This document shows, one piece after another, positions 1-10,746 of a DNA stretch of 64,000 bases. Under the pieces are notes generated by a model. The model was not told the DNA's origin. It saw only the letters and a program-made list of their open reading frames with translations, and ran no database searches. The position numbers were made by a program, and so were the translations under genes. Location: positions 96,001 through 160,000 of IMG/VR virus record IMGVR_UViG_3300021400_000034. One strand, given 5' to 3'. The number at the start of each line of letters is the position of its first letter. The stretch's first letter is position 1. This stretch comes from a virus. Lineage: Duplodnaviria; Caudoviricetes.

Positions 1-126
1 CAGTCCGACAAGAACACTGTCTTCGGAAACAACTTGAAGCACAAGCGAGAAGGATTCGTTCTGCGTCTCCGCAAGGACTACAGCGTGTCATTCAAAGTCA
101 AGAACCCCAACTACTCTATCTAGAAC

Positions 127-471
127 ATGGCTAAGAGAAAGAAGAAGCGCGAGAAGCTAGAAGGCTTCACGGACTGGACTGCTCAAGACGGAGAGATCCT
201 CACCTGGAGCTATCTGCTGAAGATGGCAGAGAAGGCGTCAGACGTGGACTCTCCGATGATGATCCGTCTGCCTATTCCTATCGCTTTCGGAAAGTTCCCT
301 GACGGATCTCCGAGAACGGCTACTTCTGTCGGCTTAGTCAAAGAGATCGACGGCTTCACTCATCCGGTCTTCTTCCACTGCGACGACAAAGGTACTGCTA
401 TCGCGATCCGCATGGAGGACATCGAAGAGGAAGAGGTCGAGAGGGACTTCGCTAAAGGTCGTTTCGACTGA
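127..471 (+). CDS. hypothetical protein
   Basis: ORF with the codon bias typical of this genome. Confidence 0.7.
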   Translation: MAKRKKKREKLEGFTDWTAQDGEILTWSYLLKMAEKASDVDSPMMIRLPIPIAFGKFPDGSPRTATSVGLVKEIDGFTHPVFFHCDDKGTAIAIRMEDIEEEEVERDFAKGRFD

Positions 472-560
472 GTTTACAAAACTTTACAATAAAGGCGGGT
501 TAACGAAACGGCCCGCTTTTTCTTATATTTTATGTATCAACTTTAGACAAGGAAAACTAA

Positions 561-1148
561 ATGTACATCATAGACTACTTCAGAAGGATCAAGTCTCTCG
601 ACGCTTATCGAGAGATCGAAGACGTCATCCGCACCTACTTCATGCGCTTCAAGTTCAAGCGCGACGACGAGAACAGCTGGAAGGGCTTCTTCCTGCCAGG
701 GTTCGCTAACGACGATCCGTTCATCTACATCAGCTTCCTCCCTTACGGCGGAGAGAACATTCCTTGTTCTCTCACCATCTTCCAGAACGTGACAATCGTC
801 TACGACCCGAAAGGAATACAGTGCAAGACTATCAACAAGGCAGAGTTCCCTCTCTACCGAGAGCAGTTCCGTCTGTCTGATTGGAAGGAGACGAAGAAGA
901 AGCTCATCGAAGCTCTCAATTTCGCTATCGAGTCTCTCGACAAGACTGAAGAGGCTCTTGACGTCTGGAAGGCTGAGAAGTTGGACCCGAAGACGATCGT
1001 TCTGGAGCACACTGGAACTCCATCGCCTCTGAAGAAGAACCGCTACAAGCCTCGTAAGCCGAAGATCACTACGAGCGACGGGGCTAAGGTGACCGCATCT
1101 ACGAGTGACGTGAGTCCGGTCGACTATCAGGGAGCTAAGCTTCCTTGA
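561..1148 (+). CDS. hypothetical protein
   Basis: ORF with AAGGA RBS, downstream of a TATATT box. Confidence 0.75.
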   Translation: MYIIDYFRRIKSLDAYREIEDVIRTYFMRFKFKRDDENSWKGFFLPGFANDDPFIYISFLPYGGENIPCSLTIFQNVTIVYDPKGIQCKTINKAEFPLYREQFRLSDWKETKKKLIEALNFAIESLDKTEEALDVWKAEKLDPKTIVLEHTGTPSPLKKNRYKPRKPKITTSDGAKVTASTSDVSPVDYQGAKLP

Positions 1149-1222
1149 CCGCAGCATGGCTAATCGCGGTAGTCGCCGCTACCGCATTCACTGTCCTGTT
1201 CATGGGACGAAAGAGGTAAATC

Positions 1223-1453
1223 ATGAGAGATCCAGAGAGACTCGAAGAGTTCTACAAGCAGCTGAAAGAGCTGCACCAGAAGAAGTTCCCAGACTGGCGC
1301 TTCGGCCAGTTCATGATAAACTTTCTAGGTTGGCTTGGAAAGAAGAGAGACGGATTCTTCCCGGAGGAAGACGAGATGCTCGAATATCTGAAGCAGTTTG
1401 GACGCGGACTAAAGAACCCGAACGTCGCTAAAGCATTGGAGAAGACTAAATGA
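1223..1453 (+). CDS. small phage protein (MRDPxR...PDWRFGQ type)
   Basis: GAGG RBS; recognisable phage-type motif. Confidence 0.75.
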   Translation: MRDPERLEEFYKQLKELHQKKFPDWRFGQFMINFLGWLGKKRDGFFPEEDEMLEYLKQFGRGLKNPNVAKALEKTK

Positions 1454-2082
1454 AGCGCTTATTGGTCATTTGCGGCGTCCAGAAGGACTTTTTCGAGCTA
1501 CCCTTTGGAAACCCTGGGGCAAGATCAATACTCCCTAAAATCGCCTCTTTTGTGCACGATTGGCAAGACGACATAATCGTGGTCAAAGAGACACGTCTGA
1601 CCCGAGAGCTCGTGGAGATGGGCAACGGGACTATTCCAGACGCTAAGCCTTGGGAAGATACACGCGAGGCGTTCGTCTGGGGATACGCTAAGCACTGCAT
1701 CAAGTGGTCGGACGGCTGGGAGATCGAGCCAGAGATTCTCGCTGAGCTGCAGAAGAAGAACGACCGGAAGTGCACTTTCCGCACTGTCGAGGCATACGGG
1801 CAGACGTGGCACGACTGGGCGAACAACATCGCTACATACGATCAGATCGTCGTCTGCGGCACTAAGCTCGAAGACCAGATCATATCGACGGTCTTCGCCA
1901 TCTTGGCGGTCAGACCAAACGTCGATGTCTTCGTTCAGCAGAATCTGTGCTGCTCTGACTGGCACTCTGACGCGCTCTACGTCTGGAAAGTTCTAGAGGG
2001 CAAAGTCAACTTGACGTTCTACGCTAACTTGAGAGAGATGAAAGACTTAACCGGAAATGAACATGATGTTAACAAAACGTAG
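1450..2082 (+). CDS. isochorismatase/nicotinamidase-like protein, catalytic residues degenerate
   Basis: LLVICGVQKDF, HCIKWSDGWEI and IVVCG motifs resemble PncA. Confidence 0.65.
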   Translation: MKRLLVICGVQKDFFELPFGNPGARSILPKIASFVHDWQDDIIVVKETRLTRELVEMGNGTIPDAKPWEDTREAFVWGYAKHCIKWSDGWEIEPEILAELQKKNDRKCTFRTVEAYGQTWHDWANNIATYDQIVVCGTKLEDQIISTVFAILAVRPNVDVFVQQNLCCSDWHSDALYVWKVLEGKVNLTFYANLREMKDLTGNEHDVNKT

Positions 2083-2599
2083 ACAAATTACAGCAGAAGA
2101 ACAACGGCTGAGAGCTGAGCGAGACGAAGCACAGCAGGTTCTGTACAAGAAGCAGAAAGCGCTAGACGAGTACCGTGACAAAGAAGAGTCTGGTCTCTTG
2201 AGCGACTTGAGAGAGCAGTATGTCGGAAAGATCATCCGAGTGCGACAGTATGAGCGAGGACTCAGTCCGATGAACAAGTTCGAGCGCCAGTATCACTACA
2301 TGTGGATCCACGTCAGAGACGTCAAGCACAAGTTCAGAGACGAGACTGAGTTCAGCGGAGAGATGCTGCAGCTTAACTTGCAGCCGAGCAACTTTGATCT
2401 GGCGGACCATCTAGGAGACAAAGAGTTCACGAAAGTCGAGATGTGCTGCGTTCTCTCTGAGCAGCTTCGAGTGTCTGACGAAGACATCGACGACAAGTTC
2501 TGGACAGAAGCAGAGATACGAGAAGTGGCTAAGAGAACGAACGAAGTCGAGAATGAGCTTCTGAAAGTGTTCTTCGAAGGAGCAGAAGATGAAGGGTGA
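2057..2599 (+). CDS. hypothetical protein
   Basis: packed ORF, codon bias. Confidence 0.7.
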   Translation: MNMMLTKRRQITAEEQRLRAERDEAQQVLYKKQKALDEYRDKEESGLLSDLREQYVGKIIRVRQYERGLSPMNKFERQYHYMWIHVRDVKHKFRDETEFSGEMLQLNLQPSNFDLADHLGDKEFTKVEMCCVLSEQLRVSDEDIDDKFWTEAEIREVAKRTNEVENELLKVFFEGAEDEG

Positions 2600-2819
2600 C
2601 AGGCGACACTGCTACATGGTCTTCTTCGCTTCTTACGACCAGTACGGAACTTCTAAGAGCGAGCACTCGTTCGCATTCGTGAGCAACCAGACGGGAACTA
2701 AGCTCGCTAGAGAGATATACGGACGAGTGAACAAGTTCAAGTGCGGAGATCCGTCTATCAAGGTATTCGAGAAGAGGGTCACAAAATCAGTGTTCGACTG
2801 TGGAATAGTAGGAGACTAG
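2589..2819 (+). CDS. hypothetical protein
   Basis: packed ORF. Confidence 0.6.
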   Translation: MKGDRRHCYMVFFASYDQYGTSKSEHSFAFVSNQTGTKLAREIYGRVNKFKCGDPSIKVFEKRVTKSVFDCGIVGD

Positions 2820-2822
2820 AAT

Positions 2823-3119
2823 ATGAAGTTTAAGCTATACGGCCTGTACTGCAGCCAGATCGAAGTCGTGGACGACGCAGAGTCTACTCCTGGCGAGTCT
2901 AGAATGATTCAGAGATTCAGACGCGAGTGCTACGAGCCCATCGTGAAAGCGATGATGGCGCTAAAGCCAGCGGAGAAGTACACGTGCCTGTCAGACGTCT
3001 GGAATACGGTCAACGAAGTTCTGAAGACGCACCACTTCAAGATAGAAGAGAGCTGCTTCCACACGAACGAGAAGGATGGACTTGAACATGCTGACTTCCG
3101 GATCAGCAGCGAGGAGTAA
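2823..3119 (+). CDS. hypothetical protein
   Basis: packed ORF, GGAG RBS. Confidence 0.65.
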   Translation: MKFKLYGLYCSQIEVVDDAESTPGESRMIQRFRRECYEPIVKAMMALKPAEKYTCLSDVWNTVNEVLKTHHFKIEESCFHTNEKDGLEHADFRISSEE

Positions 3120-3123
3120 GAGT

Positions 3124-3456
3124 ATGAAGATGAAGTTTAGAGGAGCCGAGATCGAGCTGACAGTCGAAGAGCTGAAGCAGATGATCGACAGAGGAATTCT
3201 AGATGACGAGCACTGGGACAAGAACGATCCTTGGCTGAAGCTGGTCGACGAGTCGACTAAGTCTATGCCGAAGAAGAATCCGTTTCCTGACACTGTAGCT
3301 CTCTATGGATGCCAGATGCCGAACAGCTGGGAGCCTCCGTTCTATCAGCAGGATCACACTGGCTTGCCGCATATAGACGCTACAGAAGTTACAGCTTTGA
3401 ATGTCACATCAGTAGAGAAGATCGACAAGGAGAAAGAAGATGAGTCTAAAGAATGA
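3124..3456 (+). CDS. hypothetical protein
   Basis: packed ORF; start moved to the ATG after GAGG. Confidence 0.65.
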   Translation: MKMKFRGAEIELTVEELKQMIDRGILDDEHWDKNDPWLKLVDESTKSMPKKNPFPDTVALYGCQMPNSWEPPFYQQDHTGLPHIDATEVTALNVTSVEKIDKEKEDESKE

Positions 3457-4870
3457 TGATATCAGAATCGCTATCTCGACGATTCTCACTAACGTCCATG
3501 CAGATTATGTACTGACGAACGCAGTAGCGCACCAGGAACATAAAAGGTGCGTTCAGTACGTACTGCCTATGACACAGACGACGATTCTAGCTAGCCTTGA
3601 CGATGACTGGTGGTTCATCGGCAATGTTCTAGAAGATCGTTACGTAAGCACAGAATTCCGGAAACGTGACACTTTCTTGTCCGATGTCGAAATTGAAGGA
3701 CGACGCTCTCACAAGAAGCAATGTGAGTTAGAGATGGCTTCTACGCGACTCGGATCTAAGACCTTGTATCGTGAATCTGAAGCTAAGGGGAAGGCGGAAA
3801 CTCTCAACTACGGAGATGCTCCTTACCAGTACTCTCAGAAAGAGGCTGTTGACACAGTCAACAAGATCATCCGGGATCACTCGATCGCTAACGCACAGAC
3901 GAATTTTATCGAATATACAGACGGAACAGGCGTAGCGATCGAATTCACTTCTTGGGGAATGCCTATGCTAGTCGCTATCGATCCAGTCTTCGTTGGAGAG
4001 AAGACTCCAAAGATCGCACTGTTCGAGAACTACAGAGACACTCCGACATACATCACTAACGGCGCAGGCGGCTACACTAAGCCTAGAGCTTTCCGCTGGT
4101 TCATGGCGATGCTGGACAACTTCCTGACTCAGCGCGACGAGAAGAAGAAGTCTAAGCTGAGCGACGAGAGCTTCGCGCTCGAAGCTGAAGCAGAGAAGCT
4201 GAGAGGCGAGTTCAACGAAGAGATCCGTGAGAACGAGGCTATGGCTCCAACAGACGAAGGAACTCTAGTCGGAAACTTGGATCACGTACGCAATGCTGAC
4301 CAGCTCTTGGAGAAGGCGGAAGAGAATTGTGTCAAGGACATTCAGGACAAGGCTGTGGAGCTGGCTGAAGAGCGTGGCTACACTGACACGGCTGAGAAGA
4401 TCAAGAGCGAAGGACTCTTCTCTGAGATGAAGAAGTGCCAGCTCAAGTCGGCTAACAACTGCAAGCTGTGCTGCTTCGGAAAGTCATGTCCGCAGTCTCT
4501 CTTGAACGCTGCTATGCGTCCCATCAAGCCTAAGCCGAAGGTGAAGAAGCTCGAACCTGATCCTAACTGGCTCAACGCATCTGATGCCGTTGAAGCGCTA
4601 TTGGCTACGAATGACGTCTCGTTCACGTCTGAGTCTATGTCTGGAGGAAACTACCGCATCAGCGCTCACGAAGGAGACAAGCGCATCGAGATTCTGTTCA
4701 GGCTCAACCCCGATCTCACGAACGACGTCACTCTAAATCGATGGAAAGACGGAGACAAGAGCCCTTATGACGAGACTATGATTCCAGTTCGCGACACCTG
4801 CTCTTGCAATCACTTGCTCAACACTGTTCTGCACTACATCAAAGGAATGAAGGAGGCTGCTGATGCCTGA
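3440..4870 (+). CDS. hypothetical protein with Cys cluster
   Basis: 476-aa ORF with a CKLCCFGKSC motif. Confidence 0.8.
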   Translation: MSLKNDDIRIAISTILTNVHADYVLTNAVAHQEHKRCVQYVLPMTQTTILASLDDDWWFIGNVLEDRYVSTEFRKRDTFLSDVEIEGRRSHKKQCELEMASTRLGSKTLYRESEAKGKAETLNYGDAPYQYSQKEAVDTVNKIIRDHSIANAQTNFIEYTDGTGVAIEFTSWGMPMLVAIDPVFVGEKTPKIALFENYRDTPTYITNGAGGYTKPRAFRWFMAMLDNFLTQRDEKKKSKLSDESFALEAEAEKLRGEFNEEIRENEAMAPTDEGTLVGNLDHVRNADQLLEKAEENCVKDIQDKAVELAEERGYTDTAEKIKSEGLFSEMKKCQLKSANNCKLCCFGKSCPQSLLNAAMRPIKPKPKVKKLEPDPNWLNASDAVEALLATNDVSFTSESMSGGNYRISAHEGDKRIEILFRLNPDLTNDVTLNRWKDGDKSPYDETMIPVRDTCSCNHLLNTVLHYIKGMKEAADA

Positions 4871-5396
4871 TCCACTCATGAGACCTATAGTCACTAACGA
4901 AGATCTGAAGAAGCTAGTCGGCGTTCCTGATAGATGGGCTACGATCGACTGGGTAGAGATCTGCCTAGGCGAGAACGAGAACTTCTTCGGTTCTTCTCTC
5001 TTGCCAGCTACTACGATCTACGACATTCTTAACGAGTGCTGCGAGAGCGAGTACAGCGACGAGAAAGACCACTCGATCTACGTCTCTGGAAAGATCATCA
5101 TCGAGCGCAAAGGTGTTCCACTTCTCATGCTTCGTCGTCCGAAGAAGCGAGACCGCAACGGCGTCGAGTTCGTCTACGCTGAAGCGAAGATCATACCGAC
5201 TCAAGAGAACGTCAATCTGTTCGAAACGATGGCTAACGAAGGATTCGGAATGAAGATCGACGTCTACAACGGCGTTTGCGACTTCAACTACGACCACCTA
5301 GGAATCTTTCCTAAAGAGCAGCTCGAAAGAATGAATCTCACTCGACGGAATCTAGTCAAGAGCGAAGAACCTACAGACTTGGAGCCATTACTCTGA
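4863..5396 (+). CDS. hypothetical protein
   Basis: packed ORF, GGAGG RBS. Confidence 0.7.
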   Translation: MPDPLMRPIVTNEDLKKLVGVPDRWATIDWVEICLGENENFFGSSLLPATTIYDILNECCESEYSDEKDHSIYVSGKIIIERKGVPLLMLRRPKKRDRNGVEFVYAEAKIIPTQENVNLFETMANEGFGMKIDVYNGVCDFNYDHLGIFPKEQLERMNLTRRNLVKSEEPTDLEPLL

Positions 5397-5665
5397 TGAG
5401 CAAGCCGATAACGCTAGAAGAATATGTAGTTCAGTGCAAGATGCATTATGACGGCGGTGAAGAGCGAGACCTGTATGTCGGACAAGAAGACTACTACACT
5501 CTGTATCTCAGCGATGCAAAGTTCTTCAGCTCTGTGAAGAACGCTAAGCTGTCTATCGCTTATGATTCGAAGCACAACAAGAGCGCCCACGACTACGTGA
5601 TATTCAAGGTTCGACGGACGTTCGAGATCATCGGGATATTCCAAGGAGAAACAAATGCTGACTAA
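5396..5665 (+). CDS. hypothetical protein
   Basis: TGATG stop/start coupling. Confidence 0.65.
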   Translation: MSKPITLEEYVVQCKMHYDGGEERDLYVGQEDYYTLYLSDAKFFSSVKNAKLSIAYDSKHNKSAHDYVIFKVRRTFEIIGIFQGETNAD

Positions 5666-6032
5666 CCTGTTCATAGTCACTATCGTCTACGAAGTCATCC
5701 AGAGCGTCATCATGGCTTACAAGCTCAATAAAGGAATCTGGAGCCAAGCGGAGGAAGAGATGATGCCAGACGAAGACCAGCGCATAAAGGCATATGGCGT
5801 CGCTTTTCTCTGCAACGTGTTGTTCATATTAGCTGCGTTGTTTGGCGCTCTGCTAGGCGGCAATATGGCGCTTACGCTCGCTTGCGTCTTCACAGCCTTC
5901 TGCGCTTTCGGAACAGCTATGTACGTCTTCTCGTTCGGTCGAGGGAGAAACATCGCTGCGCTTTGGGCGTGCTACAACTTCACCATGATGATCTTGTTCG
6001 TCTGGTGCATCTGCAAAGGGATTCAGGGATGA
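5655..6032 (+). CDS. membrane protein
   Basis: about four hydrophobic segments. Confidence 0.7.
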   Translation: MLTNLFIVTIVYEVIQSVIMAYKLNKGIWSQAEEEMMPDEDQRIKAYGVAFLCNVLFILAALFGALLGGNMALTLACVFTAFCAFGTAMYVFSFGRGRNIAALWACYNFTMMILFVWCICKGIQG

Positions 6033-6104
6033 GCGGAATAAAACTTATATTTCTTGGGCTGGTCATGACCAGCGAAGGCATAACTTTTGAAAAGGAGTAA
6101 CTAG

Positions 6105-6449
6105 ATGACTCTGGGAGAAGAGATACTAGAGATACAGCTCAAAGCGAAAGCTGACAATGACGCTGAGCGTCAGAAGCGCGCCGAACGTGCTGGAAAGAAG
6201 GTAGGAGAAGCGCTGAAAGAGATCGCTCAGTCGAATCCATACTTGAAAGAGTTCTTCATTCCGATAAAGAAAGGAATTCTGATGTATCGCGACGAACAGA
6301 TCGCGCTCATCAACGAGTTCAATTATCTCGGCAATTGGCTGTTGAAGCAAGGAATAGAGATGGTCGGAACATACGACAGATCCGAGTGCAACGGTCAGTG
6401 CGTGTTCAGGCTCAAGGACGATCTTCTAGACAGAGGGCAATGCGAATGA
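6105..6449 (+). CDS. hypothetical protein
   Basis: AAGGAG RBS. Confidence 0.7.
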   Translation: MTLGEEILEIQLKAKADNDAERQKRAERAGKKVGEALKEIAQSNPYLKEFFIPIKKGILMYRDEQIALINEFNYLGNWLLKQGIEMVGTYDRSECNGQCVFRLKDDLLDRGQCE

Positions 6450-6763
6450 CAGTAGCTGAACAGAAAGTCAAAGAGCTAGCGTCTAAGCTCGCTGAACAGA
6501 TTGAGACGTGCGAGAATAGTGGAATGGCTATGGACATGATTCTGCACGGAGTCAAGTGCTATCTGTCCGGAATAGAGGACGGCATCTCTCTTTCCGAAGA
6601 GATGCGAGAGCCAGACTACTCCGTTCAGGCTAAGGCTGGCGGAGAGAGACCGATCGTAGGAGACGGTCCTCACGAGACTATCTCTGGCGGTCCGAAGACG
6701 ACTAACATCCTTATCGACGAGAGAGATCTACCTTGGAACATCAGACCGGGAGCAGACTTATGA
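6446..6763 (+). CDS. hypothetical protein
   Basis: ATGA overlap with the upstream stop. Confidence 0.65.
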   Translation: MTVAEQKVKELASKLAEQIETCENSGMAMDMILHGVKCYLSGIEDGISLSEEMREPDYSVQAKAGGERPIVGDGPHETISGGPKTTNILIDERDLPWNIRPGADL

Positions 6764-6963
6764 TACACGATTACAGAGACTTAGAGAGTTTAGAGCCTTT
6801 CGACGACGATGAAGAGCTCGTCAAGGCGATCCAGAAACGTGATGACCACATCGCTAAGCTAGAAGCGTTCATCGAGCAAGACAACGACATCAAGGACGCA
6901 TTCGAAGCATGGGAGAAGGACTGGTGGGAAGATCCGTCTGATCCCAAAGGAGCTGTCGAATGA
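6760..6963 (+). CDS. hypothetical protein
   Basis: ATGA overlap. Confidence 0.6.
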   Translation: MIHDYRDLESLEPFDDDEELVKAIQKRDDHIAKLEAFIEQDNDIKDAFEAWEKDWWEDPSDPKGAVE

Positions 6964-7670
6964 TCGTAGTGAGCATGACATCGTGGGCGAGACGCATCAA
7001 CAACGTCGTTCCTGTCCTGAACAGTCTGGCTGACGTCAACAGCTACTGTGAGAGATCACTGACAGTCGTCGAACTCAATCTCAGCAAGGAAGAGTTTCCG
7101 AAGAGAGAGAAGGACCTTCCGAACGAGCTTCTGTTCTGGAAGTCTCCGACTGCAGATATGTCTCTGTCGATCAACTGGGTGGGACGCAACACTAAGGCTT
7201 TCAAGAAGCTCATTCCTACAGTCAAGAAGTTCTACGACAAGGACGTGAAGATCATCACTGTCGATGACGACGTCCTCTATCCTAAGGGCTTCTTGGCTTC
7301 TATGGAAGCTGCAGCTGAGGCGAATCCAGAGCACATCATATCGAACAACTTCTGTCGCGGCATGTATCAGGGTCAGCAGTGCGTCAACGGCGCGGGAACG
7401 CTATATCGTCCTCGATTCTTCACGCCGTTCCTCTGGGAAGAGCTCAACGACGAGATCATCGCTACGAACGCTGACGACTGGTGGTACTCGTTCTGCCTCT
7501 GGATCACTGGCATAAGGCCCGTAAAGTACATCCCGCAGAAGTTTAAGTTCTTCAACGAGGTGAATCCTAATGAGAGCAGCGCAATCGACCCTAGACCAGC
7601 TCTACAGCGCAAATGGCTAGAGGTCATACACAGACCCGAAGTATCTGGAGGAGCAGGAAGATGCGGGTAG
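6960..7670 (+). CDS. GT-A fold glycosyltransferase-like protein
   Basis: VSMTSWARRI, FKKLIPT, IITVDDDVLY and DDWW motifs; paralog of 13542-14270. Confidence 0.7.
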   Translation: MIVVSMTSWARRINNVVPVLNSLADVNSYCERSLTVVELNLSKEEFPKREKDLPNELLFWKSPTADMSLSINWVGRNTKAFKKLIPTVKKFYDKDVKIITVDDDVLYPKGFLASMEAAAEANPEHIISNNFCRGMYQGQQCVNGAGTLYRPRFFTPFLWEELNDEIIATNADDWWYSFCLWITGIRPVKYIPQKFKFFNEVNPNESSAIDPRPALQRKWLEVIHRPEVSGGAGRCG

Positions 7671-8599
7671 AGAGACCTAGATACGTAAAAGTCTACAAGA
7701 GCAGCGAAGACGGATCTCTGTGGTATCACCAGCTGAACGCTCAAGAGGCTCATCCGTTCAATCCGGACGAGACGGTGTTCTATCTGGAGAAAGATGTCGA
7801 CGCTCTGATGGCTGGAATAGACATCGTGATAGAGAACAAGGTTAAGTTCCTCGAAGAGTCTGCCGAGAAGTGGAAGAAAGAGTTCGCTGAGAAAGCTGAC
7901 GAGAAGCTCAGAGAGAAAGAAGAGTTCCTTGTCGAGATGCTGCAGATAGCGACTAAGAAGTTCGTCGAGCAAGAGCTTTGCGGCGAACTGACTGACGCTA
8001 ACAAGGAAGCGATCAACTTCCTCATCTCTGAGTCGCTAGCTCATGTAGAGGATAAGCTGAAGAAGAAAGAGGACAAGAAGGAAGAGGAACTTCCTCCGTG
8101 GGCAGCAAACGAGACCATTGATCCGGTCGAACTGGCCAAAATCGAACTTCAATGCGCAGTAAAGTCTGAAGATGCGCTGGGCATTGCGGAAGCGACAGCC
8201 AACCTAGCCACAGCAAAGATGGCCAAGCTGCTCGAAACCGAGAAGAAACCGTATAATGGTGATAAGCCGAAGAGAGAGGCGAAGATGATTGAAGACAAAG
8301 AGAAGTACAGAAACGAGTGCGCTAAGAGATCTAACAAGATCTTGGAGCTCCAGGGAAAGAAGGATTTCATCGATAAGCTCGTCGACGAGTTCGGCGACGC
8401 ATCGATCACGGACATCAGTCTATCAATCGATGAAGATCTAGAGAAGGCTCAGAAAGCCTATGACGATTTCACTAAGGAAGAGACTGAGACGCTAAAGAAG
8501 ATCGAGGAGAAGTATGATTCTGGAAAGATTCTAGACTTGATCGCTGACGGCTACGACCAGATAGACATGGTAAACGCATATCTGAGAGGAGATCTATGA
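7661..8599 (+). CDS. hypothetical coiled-coil protein
   Basis: long E/K-rich ORF. Confidence 0.75.
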   Translation: MRVERPRYVKVYKSSEDGSLWYHQLNAQEAHPFNPDETVFYLEKDVDALMAGIDIVIENKVKFLEESAEKWKKEFAEKADEKLREKEEFLVEMLQIATKKFVEQELCGELTDANKEAINFLISESLAHVEDKLKKKEDKKEEELPPWAANETIDPVELAKIELQCAVKSEDALGIAEATANLATAKMAKLLETEKKPYNGDKPKREAKMIEDKEKYRNECAKRSNKILELQGKKDFIDKLVDEFGDASITDISLSIDEDLEKAQKAYDDFTKEETETLKKIEEKYDSGKILDLIADGYDQIDMVNAYLRGDL

Positions 8600-8790
8600 C
8601 GCTGTTCGAGAAGTGGTGGGATCACGGCACTAAGACCTTCTGCATCCAGTGGTGTCCCAGACACACTCTACGCTGCTTCTTGAGCTTTCACAACAACGGC
8701 GCAAAGAAGGGCAGAGACAGGTGCTATGACGGATCGTTCTGGATCCTCGGATTCTGCTTCAACTACACTAACTGGAGATATGATCGATGA
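8596..8790 (+). CDS. hypothetical protein
   Basis: ATGA overlap, GAGGAG RBS. Confidence 0.55.
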   Translation: MTLFEKWWDHGTKTFCIQWCPRHTLRCFLSFHNNGAKKGRDRCYDGSFWILGFCFNYTNWRYDR

Positions 8791-8815
8791 CCGAAGATCA
8801 ATATGGAGAAGAAAG

Positions 8816-9103
8816 ATGATTGAAGCAAAACTGAAGACCTGGGTACTCTGCTGTCGGCCGAGACAGTATCACTCTGGCTGGAATGGCGAAATTCACTACT
8901 GGACTAGCAAAGGTTCCGGTGGACATTGGACTGATGACTTGAGTCAGGCTACCCACTATCCCAATAAGGGCAGAGCTAAAGCTACTATGACGGCAGAGAG
9001 AAAGAAGTATAAGCAATATCCGTGGTTTGACTTCACGGAAGAGGACAGAATGTTCGTCGGCGAGATAGACACGACTGTACAAATCAACGAGACTGGAGAC
9101 TAG
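8816..9103 (+). CDS. hypothetical protein
   Basis: packed ORF. Confidence 0.6.
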   Translation: MIEAKLKTWVLCCRPRQYHSGWNGEIHYWTSKGSGGHWTDDLSQATHYPNKGRAKATMTAERKKYKQYPWFDFTEEDRMFVGEIDTTVQINETGD

Positions 9104-9105
9104 GG

Positions 9106-9333
9106 ATGAGAGGTTGCGAAGACTGCGAACACTTTGTAGAAGTAGAGCTAAAGAACACTCCGCACAACTGGAGACGGTACTGCGGACTTGGAAACTTCAA
9201 CATCGATCTCGCTAGCTTCGAAGTCGTGAAGACTTCACACAACAAGACGAGATACCAGAGAGAACGAATCGGATCAGACGGCTTGGAGTATCACAAGCCG
9301 AAGCGCTGTCCACTACTGAGGAAAGAGAAATGA
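9106..9333 (+). CDS. small Cys-rich protein
   Basis: CxxC...C...CPL pattern. Confidence 0.6.
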   Translation: MRGCEDCEHFVEVELKNTPHNWRRYCGLGNFNIDLASFEVVKTSHNKTRYQRERIGSDGLEYHKPKRCPLLRKEK

Positions 9334-9899
9334 AACTAGAAGACATGAACATTCAGCAGCTATTCAAGTTGAATTCGAAGGTAGAAGACTTTCCAGAGGG
9401 ACTAGGATTGATGAGAGATGGAAAGCCGTTCGACTTAGAGGACTACTTCTTTCAGCGCATTATGGACTTTTTCGATGCGCCAGAAGAGACTGCTCAGAAG
9501 CTAGTCGGAAGATGCTTCAAGTCACCATACGGCGGAACATACATGATCAAGATTCTCGGTCTCAGAACTGACCGAGACAACAAGTACTGGAACAAGTCTA
9601 AGCTCTGGCAGGAGTTCATCTACGAGAGTATAGAGAAGGTTGGAAGAGGATGGGAATTTCCTGACTACTCTCATCTCCAAGATGATGACGATCTGAAGGA
9701 TATGCGCATCACACCATTCGCTGAGATTAACTACGCGTCAGAAGAGATGTTCAACATAGGCAAGGATGGCAATCTGTATGTGGACTACTGGTGCAACAGA
9801 GACTACTCGAAGCTGCAAGAAGTCGATCCGAAGACGTTCAACAAGCACAGAGCTGAAGCTTACAAGAAATGGAAAGATGAGAATGCAGATGATGAGTGA
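9330..9899 (+). CDS. hypothetical protein
   Basis: ATGA overlap. Confidence 0.7.
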   Translation: MKLEDMNIQQLFKLNSKVEDFPEGLGLMRDGKPFDLEDYFFQRIMDFFDAPEETAQKLVGRCFKSPYGGTYMIKILGLRTDRDNKYWNKSKLWQEFIYESIEKVGRGWEFPDYSHLQDDDDLKDMRITPFAEINYASEEMFNIGKDGNLYVDYWCNRDYSKLQEVDPKTFNKHRAEAYKKWKDENADDE

Positions 9900-10188
9900 T
9901 AACCGAATGACGAGCGCTGATGCGATCGACCAAGAGATTTTGTCTGATCTAGCAAAGGGCGTAAAGGTTGAAACGACTACTGGATGGAAGGCGAAAAAGA
10001 CAAGGCTTTAGACTTGTACAAGAAAACTAAAGAAATCAAAAAGTGGAAAGATCCGCGGGAGACTAAATAATGGAAGCATTTTTAAATTTCTGTCAGAATA
10101 ATCCGGGATTAACAATTATGGGTATGATTTTTGTGTACCTGATTATTGATTCTATTGCTGGAATTTTCAAGAAAAATAAGGAAAACTA

Positions 10189-10389
10189 ATGGAACACGAT
10201 TTGAAATTCTGGAAGAAGCTTGCTACCGATATGGTGGTAGTCCTCGGTAACAATCCGTATATGGCCAAGGCAGCAATGATGTCTTGGATTACGAAGATGG
10301 GTGACGCCGAAGAACAAGTGTCATTGCTTGCTCTTTCTGACAATATTACAAAGCGATTACTGGAAATTAAACCGGAAGAATGGAAATAA
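10189..10389 (+). CDS. hypothetical protein
   Basis: AAGGA RBS; AT-rich patch. Confidence 0.55.
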   Translation: MEHDLKFWKKLATDMVVVLGNNPYMAKAAMMSWITKMGDAEEQVSLLALSDNITKRLLEIKPEEWK

Positions 10390-10449
10390 TGGATAAATTA
10401 TATATTGTTAGACATACAGATATTGCATTAAAAACTATAGGAGTATACG

Positions 10450-10746
10450 ATGACAGCAGAAGAAGCAAGAAGCCAGAGACACTCAGCAGAAGACGAGAAG
10501 GTGGGACACAAGAATACATTCAACCTGCTCGTAAGCGACTATGTCAACGATATAGAGCGCAAGATAAGGAAGGTCGCGTGTTACACTGACGCGGCTATCT
10601 ATTCCTTGAAAGACTTGTGCAACCGCACAGACGTCGCTGACGAGATCGTGCGTCAGCTGAGAGAATCTGGGTTTAAAGTGACTCCAGACGTGAGATGCTA
10701 TCTTGGGACCAACGTGATGTGGGTTGACTTGTACATCACCTGGTGA
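10450..10746 (+). CDS. hypothetical protein
   Basis: AGGAG RBS. Confidence 0.65.
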   Translation: MTAEEARSQRHSAEDEKVGHKNTFNLLVSDYVNDIERKIRKVACYTDAAIYSLKDLCNRTDVADEIVRQLRESGFKVTPDVRCYLGTNVMWVDLYITW